Assembly (NCBI GenBank): GCA_965205975.1
Contig: OZ242195.1
Location: 3,296,001 to 3,360,000 of the forward strand
DNA: 64,000 nt
Source of the DNA: Candidatus Latescibacterota bacterium
GTDB taxonomy: Bacteria; Latescibacterota; UBA2968
Direction: 5' to 3'
Numbering within the stretch: position 1 is the stretch's first letter; the number at the start of each line of letters is the position of its first letter. Both the position numbers and the translations under genes were made by a program. The notes under the pieces were generated by a model. That model saw only the letters and a program-made list of their open reading frames with translations. It was not told the DNA's origin and ran no database searches. Below, in pieces: positions 1 to 10,363 of this stretch.

Positions 1-1924
1 CATCTACCTCGACCACGGCGATATGCGTGCCAAAGGGATAGGTAAAATTCGGCGGCTCAAAAAAGTGCGATTCGGCGAGACCGGGTTCTGTGCCCTCGGG
101 AAGTTCCACACCCACATGAGCTACCATCGCGATTTCGCTCAAAGTGAGACCTGACTCGGGCGCACCCTGAACGCAATATTTGTCGTCTTCAATCACAATA
201 TCCTGCGGATTGCTCTCCAGCAGATGCGCGGCGATATTAATCACCTTGTCTTTCACCTTGCCCATCGCATGCACCATCGCTGTACCGCCCACAGCCGTCG
301 CGCGACTGCCAAATGTACCAATACCGTATTGCACAGTATCAGTATCGCCGTGAATAATGCGAATATCGTCGATATCAACGCCCAATCCATCGGCAATAAG
401 CTGGGCAAACGTGGTCTCCTGCCCTTGTCCGTGGGGCGATACACCCGTGAGCACAGTCACCTTACCCGTGGGATCTACGCGCACAGTACTGCTTTCCCAT
501 CCACCAGCGGGCATCGCAGCAGAAGGACCCATCCCGCAAATCTCCACATAAGTAGAAAATCCAATACCGAGATATCGGCCCTCTTCTCTCAAATTTGCCT
601 GCTGCTCGCGCAAAGCGTCGTAATCGGCCATCTTGAGTGCCTTGTCGAGCGCCGCCGTATAGTCGCCACTATCATAAGCCACAGCAGTGCCCGTTTCATA
701 GGGAAAAGCATCTTTGCCAATAAAGTTTTTGCGCCGCACCTCCAGAGGATCAAGATCCAGATCGTGCGCCACCACATCGATCATGCGTTCGATGAGATAC
801 GTGGCCTCTGGACGCCCCGCACCTCGATAGGCGTCCGTCGCCATCTTATTGGTAAAGGCGGCTTTGAGATTCATCTCCACATTTTTAAATGTGTAAGAAC
901 CGCACAACATCAATCCCGTAAGCGTGGGAATGGCTGGTGTGAGCAACTGATAATAAGCTCCCACATCAGCCGAAACCGTGTATTTGAGACCGAGGATCGT
1001 GCCGTCGTTTTTGACCGCGAGTTCGACATCCCCGGTCTGGTCGCGTCCGTGAATCGTGTGCAAAAAGTTCTCACGCCGTCCTTCAATCCACTTCACGGGC
1101 TGCCCGAGATATTTCGCCATATGCCCGAGCAGAGCTTCTTCGGCGTACACATTGAGCTTACAGCCAAAGCCACCACCCACTTCGGGCGCAATAACGCGCA
1201 CATGATTTTCGGCCATACTGAGCATAACGGATATTTGCGTGCGCAAAAGATGGGGAATTTGCGTGGAAGACCATAAGTTAAGCTGGTCTTTGCCAGGCAG
1301 ATATTGGGCAACCACACCCCGCGTCTCCATTGGATTGGGAACCAGACGTTGATGGTCAATCCGCTGACTAACGACCTGATCGGCTTCGGCAAAAGCCGCA
1401 TCGACATCGCCCCCGGCAATGCTCCAGGTAAAAGCCATATTATCGTCCCAATCTTCGTGAATAACAGGCGCGCCATCGGCAAAAGCCGCATCAGCCGAAT
1501 TGATGGCATCGAGAGGTTCGTAATCGACCTCAATCAAATCCAGTGCATCCTGAGCAATATACGCATCGGTCGCGGCAACAGCGGCGACAGGTTCGCCAAC
1601 AAAACGCACCTTTCCAGTTGCAAGCACGGGATGGTGGGGCACCTTAATGCCCGGAAATCCCTCCGGATCTGTAGCCGCACAGGGAATCCCGCCAATGACA
1701 TCTTTGACATCATCGCCAGTGACCACGGATTTCACTCCGGACAAATTTTGCGCCGCATCGGTATTAATACCATTGATGCGCGCATGAGCATAAGGGCTTC
1801 GCAAAATCGCGACATGTAACAAATTGGGCAACTTAATGTCATCGACATAATGTGCAAGGCCCTGAATCAATCGAGGGTCTTCTCGGCGCTTAATACGGGC
1901 GCCAACAGATTTGCTAACAGGCAT
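1..1924 (-). CDS. Xanthine dehydrogenase/CO dehydrogenase family molybdopterin large subunit (form II CoxL-like), 3' end outside window
   Basis: Not in the ORF track because it runs off the edge. Manual translation from ATG 1924: MPVSKSVGARIKRREDPRLIQGLAHYVDD; active-site loop AYRGAGRPEA near 810-840; RBS GGAGG at 1931-1935. Confidence 0.9.
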   Translation of the reverse strand, partial: MPVSKSVGARIKRREDPRLIQGLAHYVDDIKLPNLLHVAILRSPYAHARINGINTDAAQNLSGVKSVVTGDDVKDVIGGIPCAATDPEGFPGIKVPHHPVLATGKVRFVGEPVAAVAATDAYIAQDALDLIEVDYEPLDAINSADAAFADGAPVIHEDWDDNMAFTWSIAGGDVDAAFAEADQVVSQRIDHQRLVPNPMETRGVVAQYLPGKDQLNLWSSTQIPHLLRTQISVMLSMAENHVRVIAPEVGGGFGCKLNVYAEEALLGHMAKYLGQPVKWIEGRRENFLHTIHGRDQTGDVELAVKNDGTILGLKYTVSADVGAYYQLLTPAIPTLTGLMLCGSYTFKNVEMNLKAAFTNKMATDAYRGAGRPEATYLIERMIDVVAHDLDLDPLEVRRKNFIGKDAFPYETGTAVAYDSGDYTAALDKALKMADYDALREQQANLREEGRYLGIGFSTYVEICGMGPSAAMPAGGWESSTVRVDPTGKVTVLTGVSPHGQGQETTFAQLIADGLGVDIDDIRIIHGDTDTVQYGIGTFGSRATAVGGTAMVHAMGKVKDKVINIAAHLLESNPQDIVIEDDKYCVQGAPESGLTLSEIAMVAHVGVELPEGTEPGLAESHFFEPPNFTYPFGTHIAVVEVD

Positions 1925-1934
1925 GGGGCGCCTC

Positions 1935-2399
1935 CTATGTGGTCATTTTTTTCGATGCGTACTGAACCGCATCGACAATATGTTGGTACCCTGTACAGCG
2001 GCACAAATTGCCTTCTATACCGCGTCGAATATCGGCTTCACTGGGTTTGGGATTGCGTTCTAAAAGCTGGTGCGCGGCAATAATCATGCCCGGGGTGCAA
2101 AAACCGCACTGCAATCCGTGACATTCCCAGAAGCCCTCCTGAATAGGGTGCAATTCACCATTTTGGGCCAGGCCCTCAATAGTAGTAATTTCAGCACCAT
2201 CGGCTTGCACTGCCAAAACCGTACACGATTTGACAGCATCTCCATTGAGCATCACACTGCACGCGCCACAAAGGCTGGTCTCGCAGCCCACATGCGTGCC
2301 AGTAAGCCCGACGACATCGCGCAAAAAATGCACGAGCAACATCCGCGGTTCCACGTCGTGACTTTGATGCTCCCCGTTCACAGTGACTTCAATTTTCAC
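1935..2399 (-). CDS. coxS: 2Fe-2S small subunit, CoxS/CutS family
   Basis: [10 protein letters not shown] and QCGFCTPG...NLCRCTGY motifs; adjacent to large subunit. Confidence 0.9.
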   Translation of the reverse strand: MKIEVTVNGEHQSHDVEPRMLLVHFLRDVVGLTGTHVGCETSLCGACSVMLNGDAVKSCTVLAVQADGAEITTIEGLAQNGELHPIQEGFWECHGLQCGFCTPGMIIAAHQLLERNPKPSEADIRRGIEGNLCRCTGYQHIVDAVQYASKKMTT

Positions 2400-2524
2400 G
2401 CAAGCCTCCTTTGAAAAGGGGGAAGAAAAAATAGACTTACACTCTGTCGCAAGATATGGCGCATGAGAACGCCATGCAAATAGTTTCTATAACGCACAGG
2501 TGAACCGTCTTGGGATACGACCCG

Positions 2525-3670
2525 TTATTTATTTTTTTCTTTATCTAATTTTTCGAGTGCTCTGCGGGCAGATTCTTGTTTGGGCCTCCACTTGAGAGCA
2601 GTTTGGAACGCTTCGCGAGCCTTTTGGATTTCGTTTTGATGAAGATAAATTTGGCCTATCCGGTTATATGCGTTACCTCTTGTTCGTTCTGAACCCGGTG
2701 GTAGAATTTGCAGACACGCTTTGAAGTATTCAAGACCGAGGTCAAGTTTGTCTCCAGATTCCGCTAATATGCGTCCCAAAGCGTATAATGCATTCATTTT
2801 ACGTGCTTGAAATGTTATTATCTTTTCAAATGATGAAATAGTTGTATCGCGCCTTACCGATAGGGAATCGGTCGTTATCTGGAGACATTGTTCCGCAGCG
2901 CGATATGCTCGATCAAGTTGTTTGAGACTCAGCAAATAAGTACGGAGCGTACTTAAGGCACGACTGGAAAAAGGGTGTTGTTGCACATAAGATTCGAGCA
3001 ACTCAACGGCTTCTTCACGACGTTCTGTTTGCCAGAGATGCCTGCTAAGCCATAAAACGGGCCGGAGGCTGGATGGGGCTTTTTCTAATGCGGTTCTCAA
3101 CTCCTGTTCGACTTTATCCAGCTCATCTCTGCTGCGATAAATTTCAGCTTGTTCTGCATGCCCCCTGATGGGATCGCGCATCTTAATCTGATCGACCAGA
3201 TTTTGTGCTTCTTCTTTTTTTCCCCCTACAATACCCGGTGCTTCAAGATGATATCTTATCAAGTAAAACCGCGCTTCAATATGGTCTGGATCCAGAGCAA
3301 TGACTTTTTCCATGGCTTTTTTTGTATTGCGAGCGTGTCCAAACCTCTTGAAAATGCTGGCTGTCACCGCTTTTTCACCATACATTTGTCCCAGCCACCA
3401 GTAATAATTGGCATTTTGGGAATCGGATTTAGCGGCTTTCTCAAAATGGTCAACAGCATCATCTGTTCTGCCATCCCAAGCTGCTAATCGCCCCAAAAAG
3501 AAGTGTATCTCGCCTTTATCCGACGATGTTTTTAGAAGCGTTTGTAAATGCGCCTCTGCTTTCTCATAGTGCCCGGCAATAAATGCGTCAAAAACCTGGC
3601 GCAACGACGCCTCGGCCTTTCCCATCGAGAGCAGGATCCATAAGGACAGAATTAAATATCTCAAACGCAT
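2525..3670 (-). CDS. Secreted tetratricopeptide-repeat protein
   Basis: N-terminal signal-like segment; repeated TPR-type helices (YYWWLGQMYG, AYNRIGQIY...AREAFQTAL). Confidence 0.75.
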   Translation of the reverse strand: MRLRYLILSLWILLSMGKAEASLRQVFDAFIAGHYEKAEAHLQTLLKTSSDKGEIHFFLGRLAAWDGRTDDAVDHFEKAAKSDSQNANYYWWLGQMYGEKAVTASIFKRFGHARNTKKAMEKVIALDPDHIEARFYLIRYHLEAPGIVGGKKEEAQNLVDQIKMRDPIRGHAEQAEIYRSRDELDKVEQELRTALEKAPSSLRPVLWLSRHLWQTERREEAVELLESYVQQHPFSSRALSTLRTYLLSLKQLDRAYRAAEQCLQITTDSLSVRRDTTISSFEKIITFQARKMNALYALGRILAESGDKLDLGLEYFKACLQILPPGSERTRGNAYNRIGQIYLHQNEIQKAREAFQTALKWRPKQESARRALEKLDKEKNK

Positions 3671-3795
3671 TATTTTTCACTCCTTTCGTAGCTATTTATG
3701 AATGATGAACTGTGGGAGCGGCATTACTGAATACAGGCTCTTCAGCACAGGCCCTGCCGCGATCTGATCTTCCCAGTATAAAACAGGAGAAACCC

Positions 3796-4404
3796 ATGAA
3801 AACACTTTATTACATCGCCGACCCCATGTGTTCCTGGTGCTGGGGATTTCAGCCAGTATTGGAAAAAGTCAAAGAAGCCGCACCCAAAGAATTATCACCC
3901 GTATATATCATGGGAGGATTGGCACGCGACACCGATGACCCCATGCCCGATGCGATGCAGGCGCATATCCAGCGCGCCTGGCGCGAAGTCGCAGCCATAA
4001 CAGGTGCGAGTTTCAACTGGGACTTTTGGGGAAAATGCAAACCGCGACGATGCACCTATCCATCTTGCAGGGCATTTTATGCGGCCCAAAATCAAAGGGC
4101 TGGAATAGCGATGTACGAAGCCATTCAACGCGCCTATTATCGTGAAGCGCGCAATCCATCAGACGTAGAAGTCCTCGTCGCATTGGCGGGTGAAATCGGA
4201 TTAGACACACAGCAATTTGCCCGCGATCTATCCTCACCCGAAATAGAACAACAGATGCAGGATGGATTTAACATCAGGCGGTCGATGAATGCCAATCAAT
4301 TTCCAAGTCTCGTCGTAAGAAACAATGCATCCGTAACCTTTATCACCAGAGGGTATAACGACGCGGAAACCGTGTTGGCCTATTTGCAATCAGCACTAAA
4401 ATAG
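3796..4404 (+). CDS. DsbA/FrnE-family thioredoxin-like protein
   Basis: DPMCSWCWGF motif and FPSL cis-Pro; start moved to ATG 3796 behind AGGAG. Confidence 0.85.
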   Translation: MKTLYYIADPMCSWCWGFQPVLEKVKEAAPKELSPVYIMGGLARDTDDPMPDAMQAHIQRAWREVAAITGASFNWDFWGKCKPRRCTYPSCRAFYAAQNQRAGIAMYEAIQRAYYREARNPSDVEVLVALAGEIGLDTQQFARDLSSPEIEQQMQDGFNIRRSMNANQFPSLVVRNNASVTFITRGYNDAETVLAYLQSALK

Positions 4405-4411
4405 ATAACCG

Positions 4412-4489
4412 CTGGGACGGCACAGGGGCCGTCCCCTACAATGATTGGTTAATCCGATTTTTGTAGGGGCGCCCCCCCTGTGGTCACCC
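4412..4489. repeat. Pair of REP-like GTAGGG palindromes
   Basis: GGGACGGCACAGGGGCCGTCCCCTAC followed by inverted GTAGGGGCGCCCCCCTGTGGTCACCC; relatives at about 10337-10360 and 38845-38870. Confidence 0.6.
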
Positions 4490-4502
4490 ACTGACCCCTA
4501 AC

Positions 4503-5108
4503 CTATTCCCATAGCCTGCGGACATCGAGTTCAAAATCGAACAACACGGGATCGCCAGAAATGGTTTCCGGATCGGACAGACAAACGACCTCTTCACCTG
4601 GGCGATAGACATAAACATTTCGCTCTCTCGGATCGATAAGCCAGCCGAGTAGCGCGCCGTTATCGATATATTCCTGCATCTTATTTTTTATGGTATCAAG
4701 GCGATCCGTACGAGAAAGCAGTTCGACGACAAAATCGGGACAAATCGGAGCAAACTCCTCTTGCTCATCTACTGAAAGCACCTCCCATCGCTCTTTTCGA
4801 ATCCACGCCAGATCGGGAGCACGAACAGCACCATTGGGAAGGGTAAAACCCGCGGATGAATCAAAGCCAAAACCCGTTTCATCAGATTGCATCCAAATAC
4901 CAAATTGGACAAGAAGTCCAAAATTCCGCTGCCCAGATTTGCTCCCCGTTGGTGGCATAATAATTATATCTCCATCGCAATTAAGTTCCATTCTCAAATC
5001 GGGATTAGCCTGGCAAAATTGAAAAAACTCATGCCTATCCATGTGCAATACAGGCCCGAAATGAATCGTAAGCGCATCCTGGTCTGTTTGTAATGCAACC
5101 GCACTCAT
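4503..5108 (-). CDS. Uma2-family endonuclease
   Basis: DSSAGFTLPNGAVRAPDLAW, PDFVVEL, KMQEYIDNGALLGWLIDP. Confidence 0.9.
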   Translation of the reverse strand: MSAVALQTDQDALTIHFGPVLHMDRHEFFQFCQANPDLRMELNCDGDIIIMPPTGSKSGQRNFGLLVQFGIWMQSDETGFGFDSSAGFTLPNGAVRAPDLAWIRKERWEVLSVDEQEEFAPICPDFVVELLSRTDRLDTIKNKMQEYIDNGALLGWLIDPRERNVYVYRPGEEVVCLSDPETISGDPVLFDFELDVRRLWE

Positions 5109-5313
5109 GGAAAATCCTCCAAATGCAAAAATCGAGAGGGCCTTTTCTACTTATTCTAAAAAATACTCACAATCAAAATTTTGTGCAACTCGATAAGTGC
5201 ATATTTCTCGTATATTCACAACACAGCGAACATCCCGCCTTGACATCCATAAGAAGTTTTTAAATATTAAAGCCCAATATATCTGCAACGAGAAACAAGA
5301 GGAGATCACAAAA

Positions 5314-5670
5314 ATGGCTGACCAAAACATTCCGACACAAGATCAACAAAACGAATTGTTATTCATGCAATTGGTCATGATGTTTCAGGGCATGGCATTG
5401 CAAAACCTGGGCAAAGTGATGAACCCGGTAACCAACCAGATCGAGCGCAACCTGGACCAGGCCAAAAACATGATTGACCTCCTGGGCATGCTGGACGAAA
5501 AAACAAAAGGCAACTTAAACGACAACGAGCAAAAATTAATGGAACACATATTATTTGAACTGCGAATGAACTATGTAGATGAACTCAAAAAAGACGAATC
5601 CGCAGAAGAGCAGACAGAAGAGCAAGCAGAAGATAATAGCACAGAAGATGACGCGGAGGAAAAAAATTGA
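5314..5670 (+). CDS. DUF1844-like small protein
   Basis: LGKVMNPVT...NLDQAKNMIDLLGMLDEKTKGNL pattern; ATG 5314 behind GAGGAG. Confidence 0.75.
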   Translation: MADQNIPTQDQQNELLFMQLVMMFQGMALQNLGKVMNPVTNQIERNLDQAKNMIDLLGMLDEKTKGNLNDNEQKLMEHILFELRMNYVDELKKDESAEEQTEEQAEDNSTEDDAEEKN

Positions 5671-6179
5671 GCACACCCAAAAAGTGGTCGGCTTACTGCT
5701 TACTCCTCATCATGTATCTACCCTTGAGCTGTGCTTATTACTCCACATCGGCCACGGGCAGTGGTGGCATCCGCTCTGTCGCTGTACCGCTGCTCGACAA
5801 CGAAAGCCTCGAAGCCGGTATTCACCAGGCATTGACAGACAGCTTAATACAGGGATTTGTCTCTGATGGTGCCCTGCGCGTAGTCGAAGAAGATCAGGCA
5901 GATGCCGTATTGCAGGGCACTGTACTGGAAATCAAAGAAGAACCCTTTACTTATGGCGGTCAAGCGAGTGCCGAACAATATCAAATCTCCGTCTATGTAA
6001 AAATGGCCTTTTACGACACGCGGGAAAAACAAACACTCTGGGAACTGGACCGCATGCGCGGTTACGGCATCTACGACGCGGCAAGCCAGCGCGACCTCGC
6101 CCGCACACAAGGTATCGGCGACGCGTTGCGCATGCTCTCCAAAGATGTCGTAGATCGAACCCAGGTAGGGGGATGGTAA
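5667..6179 (+). CDS. lptE: LPS-assembly lipoprotein LptE-like
   Basis: Lipobox-like PLSC; SVAVP..NES...LTDSL...ADAVLQGTV pattern. Confidence 0.65.
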   Translation: MSTPKKWSAYCLLLIMYLPLSCAYYSTSATGSGGIRSVAVPLLDNESLEAGIHQALTDSLIQGFVSDGALRVVEEDQADAVLQGTVLEIKEEPFTYGGQASAEQYQISVYVKMAFYDTREKQTLWELDRMRGYGIYDAASQRDLARTQGIGDALRMLSKDVVDRTQVGGW

Positions 6180-6182
6180 CGT

Positions 6183-7121
6183 ATGCCAGAAGACAATGTC
6201 GTGGTCGATGACTTCATGCAATTGATCGGCGGCACGCCACTAATTCGCTTAAACAGTCTGGCGACATCCGACATGGCCGAAGTCGTCGTCAAAATGGAAT
6301 CCCTGAACCCGGCTCGCACGGTAAAAGACCGCATCGCCCTATCCATGATCGAAGCCGCAGAACGCGACGGACACTTAAAGCCCGGCATGACCATCGTCGA
6401 ACCGACCAGTGGCAACACGGGCATTGGTCTGGCAATGGTCGCAACCGCGCGCGGTTATCGCCTGATATTAACCATGCCCGACTCCATGAGCCGGGAACGA
6501 CGCGATCTGCTCGAAAGTTACGGCGCCGAACTGATATTAACCCCGGGCGACCTCGACATGCCCGGTGCTGTCGCAGAAGCCGAACGAATCGTAAACGAAT
6601 CACCCGAAACGACCTTTATGCCGCAACAATTCAACAACCCGGCCAACCCGGAAATACACCGCCAGACCACAGCCCGGGAAATATTAGAAGCCGTTGACGG
6701 CCACCTCGACGCCTTTGTCGCGGGCGTAGGCACGGGAGGAACCATCACAGGCGTGGGTGAAGTCTTAAAAGCCGAATTAGACCACGTACGCGTGATCGCC
6801 GTCGAACCCACCAAATCTCCGGTCCTATCGGGCGGAGAGCCAGCGCTACACGGCATCCAGGGCATCGGCGCGGGATTCGTACCCTCAGTACTCAACCGCG
6901 ATATTTTTGACGCACTAATATGCGTGCGCGACGAAGACGCCATCAAAACAGCTCGCAAACTGGGCCGCGAAGAAGGCATTTTGGCCGGCATATCCGCTGG
7001 GGCAAATGTATTCGCCGCCCTGCAAATCGCCCGCGACCTGGGCCCAGGCAAGCGGGTCGCAACGATAATCTGCGACTCGGGCGAGCGGTATTTCAGTGTA
7101 CCGGAGTTCTTACAAGCGTAG
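6183..7121 (+). CDS. cysK: Cysteine synthase A
   Basis: VKDRI PLP lysine, EPTSGNTG, GVGTGGT, IQGIGAGF. Confidence 0.93.
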   Translation: MPEDNVVVDDFMQLIGGTPLIRLNSLATSDMAEVVVKMESLNPARTVKDRIALSMIEAAERDGHLKPGMTIVEPTSGNTGIGLAMVATARGYRLILTMPDSMSRERRDLLESYGAELILTPGDLDMPGAVAEAERIVNESPETTFMPQQFNNPANPEIHRQTTAREILEAVDGHLDAFVAGVGTGGTITGVGEVLKAELDHVRVIAVEPTKSPVLSGGEPALHGIQGIGAGFVPSVLNRDIFDALICVRDEDAIKTARKLGREEGILAGISAGANVFAALQIARDLGPGKRVATIICDSGERYFSVPEFLQA

Positions 7122-7298
7122 TTCGGATACTTTTTGAATAGCCACAGAAAGCACAAAATCACAGAAAGTATGGATTGCATGCCCTGCTTAATTTGCTGCC
7201 TGAACGGTGTGTATGGGTAAAAGATGCTTCGGCTCCGTTGCACTCCGCTCAGCATGACAAAAACCCAGAATCCCCTACAAACTATATAGGAGACCCTC

Positions 7299-8345
7299 AT
7301 GAGCAATATCCCCAATTACTTGAAAAATTACGCCGACCTTTACGCCGACAATCCGCGTGCTGCTGCACTACAGTGGTTCCGAGAGGCGCATTACGGTTTA
7401 TTTTTGCACTATGGACTGTACTCTCTAATAGGGCGACACGAATGGGTGCAACTGCGAGAACTCATACCCGTTGCCGAATATGAAAAACTCATCGACGACT
7501 TCACCGCTGAAAACTTCGATGCTGAGCGCATTGCACAATTTGCCGTTGACTGCGGGATGAAATACATCAACATCACCACGCGGCATCACGACTCATTCTG
7601 TTTATTCGACACAGCGGAAACGGACTTTAACAGCACCAATGCCCCAGCGGGCCGAGATCTAATCAAAGAACTCGCCGAAGCGTGTGACCGACACGCACTC
7701 GGATTGTGTTTGTACTACTCCCACGGACGCGATTGGAAACATCCACATGCCCCCAACAACGACGAATGGGGAGGACAGGCAAGACCCAAATACGACCCGC
7801 CCGAACCGAGCTATGCCACTGGCTCCGCGCACAACTTGCAAATATATCTCGACTTCATGCAGGCGCAAATCACAGAACTGCTCACAAATTACGGACCCGT
7901 AGCCGCAATCTGGCTGGACGGGGTTGCCGTTCCCAACAACGGCGACAAAGCAAAATTTAAGAGTCAGGAACTCTACGACTATATCCACAGCGTACAACCG
8001 CAAGTGCTGGTATCCTACAAACAGGGCTTGCTGGGCACCGAAGACTTTCAGGCACCTGAACATCAAGCCGTAGAACAGGCAAATAAACCCATGGAAATCT
8101 GCACAACAATGTGTTCTGGACCAGGGGGGAAAGGCGTATCCTGGGGCTATCTCGCCGAAGGGGGCCATCACAAAAATGAGAAAGAAGTTTGGAAGGCACT
8201 AACAGCAGCGCGGGAAAGCGATTGCAATCTATTGTTAAATACCGGTCCCCTGCCCGATGGATCACTCGATGAAAAAGATGTACCAGTACTGCTCGCAGTG
8301 GGCGAACGCATTCGAAAAGAGGGATTTCCTGGAGAAGGAGCCTGA
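7299..8345 (+). CDS. Alpha-L-fucosidase (GH29), catalytic domain only
   Basis: GLFLHYGLYS, TTRHHDSFCLF, IWLDG nucleophile, NLLLNTGP. Confidence 0.85.
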   Translation: MSNIPNYLKNYADLYADNPRAAALQWFREAHYGLFLHYGLYSLIGRHEWVQLRELIPVAEYEKLIDDFTAENFDAERIAQFAVDCGMKYINITTRHHDSFCLFDTAETDFNSTNAPAGRDLIKELAEACDRHALGLCLYYSHGRDWKHPHAPNNDEWGGQARPKYDPPEPSYATGSAHNLQIYLDFMQAQITELLTNYGPVAAIWLDGVAVPNNGDKAKFKSQELYDYIHSVQPQVLVSYKQGLLGTEDFQAPEHQAVEQANKPMEICTTMCSGPGGKGVSWGYLAEGGHHKNEKEVWKALTAARESDCNLLLNTGPLPDGSLDEKDVPVLLAVGERIRKEGFPGEGA

Positions 8346-8351
8346 TTTATT

Positions 8352-10307
8352 GTGTCAATTCGCGCTACCGACATACAGGAACCCCAACCCCTGACACAGC
8401 GATCGCCCTGGTGGGCAATTGCACTGGCCGTATTGATCACCGTATCAATCAACGCAATCATCCCCTATACCCATCATTACATGCACACCATATCACTGGT
8501 CGAAGGCATGATACCGATGGGTATTTTTATGCCATTTCTGGTACTGATCTTTATCGTAAATCCCGTGCTACGCGCCCTGGGATATGCATTACAACCCTGG
8601 GAATTGATCTTCATTTTTGCGGTAGGCTACGTGAGCATGTCCATCAATGAACTGCTCGGGCGCGTACTGGCAACCTATGCCGTAATGCACTACATGGCAA
8701 CGCCGGAAAACCTCTGGGAAGAATACGTCTTTGGCCTCGTCCAACCCTATCTCGTAGTCGAAGATGCCAAAGATCAATTGGCCTGGTTTTACGAGGGCCT
8801 GCCTCGCAACGCAACGATCCCCTGGGCAATCTGGATACGCCCCACATTCTGGTGGCTGAGCTTTATCGCCGCGCTCGGCCTGGGATCAGTCGCACTGGCG
8901 ACAATTTTGCGCCGACAATGGGTCGAGCAAGAGCGGTTGCCATTTCCATTTGCACAAGTCGCCGAAGAACTCGCCGAGACAGCGGGACCAAAGGGATTTC
9001 CCGAATACATGAAACAGCCGTTATTCTGGGCTGGCTTCTCCATTCCCGCAGTTATCGTCCTGTGGTACATCATCGGCTACTTTGACCCCAGCTTCCCCGT
9101 GATTACCATAGGGATCCAGAATTACACAATCTCATTGGGAAGATATGTGCCCTACCTGCACGGACGACTCAACTTTTTAATTATCGGATTTGCGTACTTT
9201 ACCGATCTACAGGTCTTATTTTCAATCTGGGTATTCTGGGTACTCACCTGGCTTCAAATAGGGATGACCAACCGGCTGGGCCTGGCAGAGGGCCTCGGCG
9301 AATTCGCCGGCACGCGACAGCAAGCACTGGGGGGATTTATCGTATTTTGTCTGTGGGGATTGTGGATTGCGCGAACCCACATAAAGGCGGTCTTTCAACA
9401 GGCATTTCGCCAGACAAAAAATATGGATGACCAGAACGAATTGATGTCCTACCGCACTGCGGTTACCACATTTCTCGCCTGTGCTCTATTTGCCATGTTC
9501 TGGTTATTCAAAGGAGGGATGACACCGTTTTGGGCAGTATTGGTCACGATATTCTGGTTTGTTTTCTACACCGGATTTGCCAAAATCGTAGCAATGACCG
9601 GACTCGTATTTCTGGAATCGCCCAGCAGCCTGGGCACGGGCATAATGGGATTCGCACCGCCCGATTCACTATCGCCAAACACAATTGCCATGCGGCAACA
9701 AGTGGGCAGCATGTATCAAAACGGCAAAAGCTTCACCATGCCCGCTGCCGCCCATGCCGCCCGATTGAGCATCAACCTGGGCAATCGGGCACGCGTACTG
9801 GGTTTGACCATCGCATTGGCATTTGTGTTCTCGCTCATCGCCGCCGCTGCATCGACAATTTATCTGGGCTATACCGACGGCGCATTTAATTTTGGCTCGT
9901 ACATGTTCCGGGTTGCCGCACCGCGTTATTACGACGGCATAGTATCATCCATCCGCGATATAGGCAAAGAGACCCATTACGGTCTTCGGATGGCATTTAC
10001 CGCATTTGGCGCGCTGACAATGGGTGTCTTAACCCTCTGCCAATACCGATTCACCTGGTGGCCTCTCCATCCCATCGGTTTTACAGTCGTAACCTTTTAT
10101 TCGGCGCGCACCGCCATCTTGTCCGTATTTCTCACCTGGCTGATTAAATTTATTATATTCCGCCTGGGAGGAATCGCGCTGTATCGCAGGGCAAAACCCT
10201 TTTTCATCGGCATGATTGTGGGATACACCCTATCGCTCATTGTGAGCATGAGCGTCGATCTTTTATGGTTCCCCGGGCAAGGACATAATCTGTATTGGGG
10301 AGATTAA
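8352..10307 (+). CDS. Large polytopic membrane protein (DUF6785/DUF6784-like putative transporter)
   Basis: Many TM segments; RRQWVEQERLPFP and WWPLHPIGF...GGIALYR..KPFFIG motifs. Confidence 0.7.
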   Translation: MSIRATDIQEPQPLTQRSPWWAIALAVLITVSINAIIPYTHHYMHTISLVEGMIPMGIFMPFLVLIFIVNPVLRALGYALQPWELIFIFAVGYVSMSINELLGRVLATYAVMHYMATPENLWEEYVFGLVQPYLVVEDAKDQLAWFYEGLPRNATIPWAIWIRPTFWWLSFIAALGLGSVALATILRRQWVEQERLPFPFAQVAEELAETAGPKGFPEYMKQPLFWAGFSIPAVIVLWYIIGYFDPSFPVITIGIQNYTISLGRYVPYLHGRLNFLIIGFAYFTDLQVLFSIWVFWVLTWLQIGMTNRLGLAEGLGEFAGTRQQALGGFIVFCLWGLWIARTHIKAVFQQAFRQTKNMDDQNELMSYRTAVTTFLACALFAMFWLFKGGMTPFWAVLVTIFWFVFYTGFAKIVAMTGLVFLESPSSLGTGIMGFAPPDSLSPNTIAMRQQVGSMYQNGKSFTMPAAAHAARLSINLGNRARVLGLTIALAFVFSLIAAAASTIYLGYTDGAFNFGSYMFRVAAPRYYDGIVSSIRDIGKETHYGLRMAFTAFGALTMGVLTLCQYRFTWWPLHPIGFTVVTFYSARTAILSVFLTWLIKFIIFRLGGIALYRRAKPFFIGMIVGYTLSLIVSMSVDLLWFPGQGHNLYWGD

Positions 10308-10363
10308 AGACCCCTCAGCGGTCAGCCCGCAATGACGGGCGAGGCATGCCTCGCCCCTACACA

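Noticed and set aside
224..1819. Plus-strand ORFs of 350 and 171 aa
   Set aside because: Antisense shadows of the CoxL-like gene, which the track missed because it leaves the window
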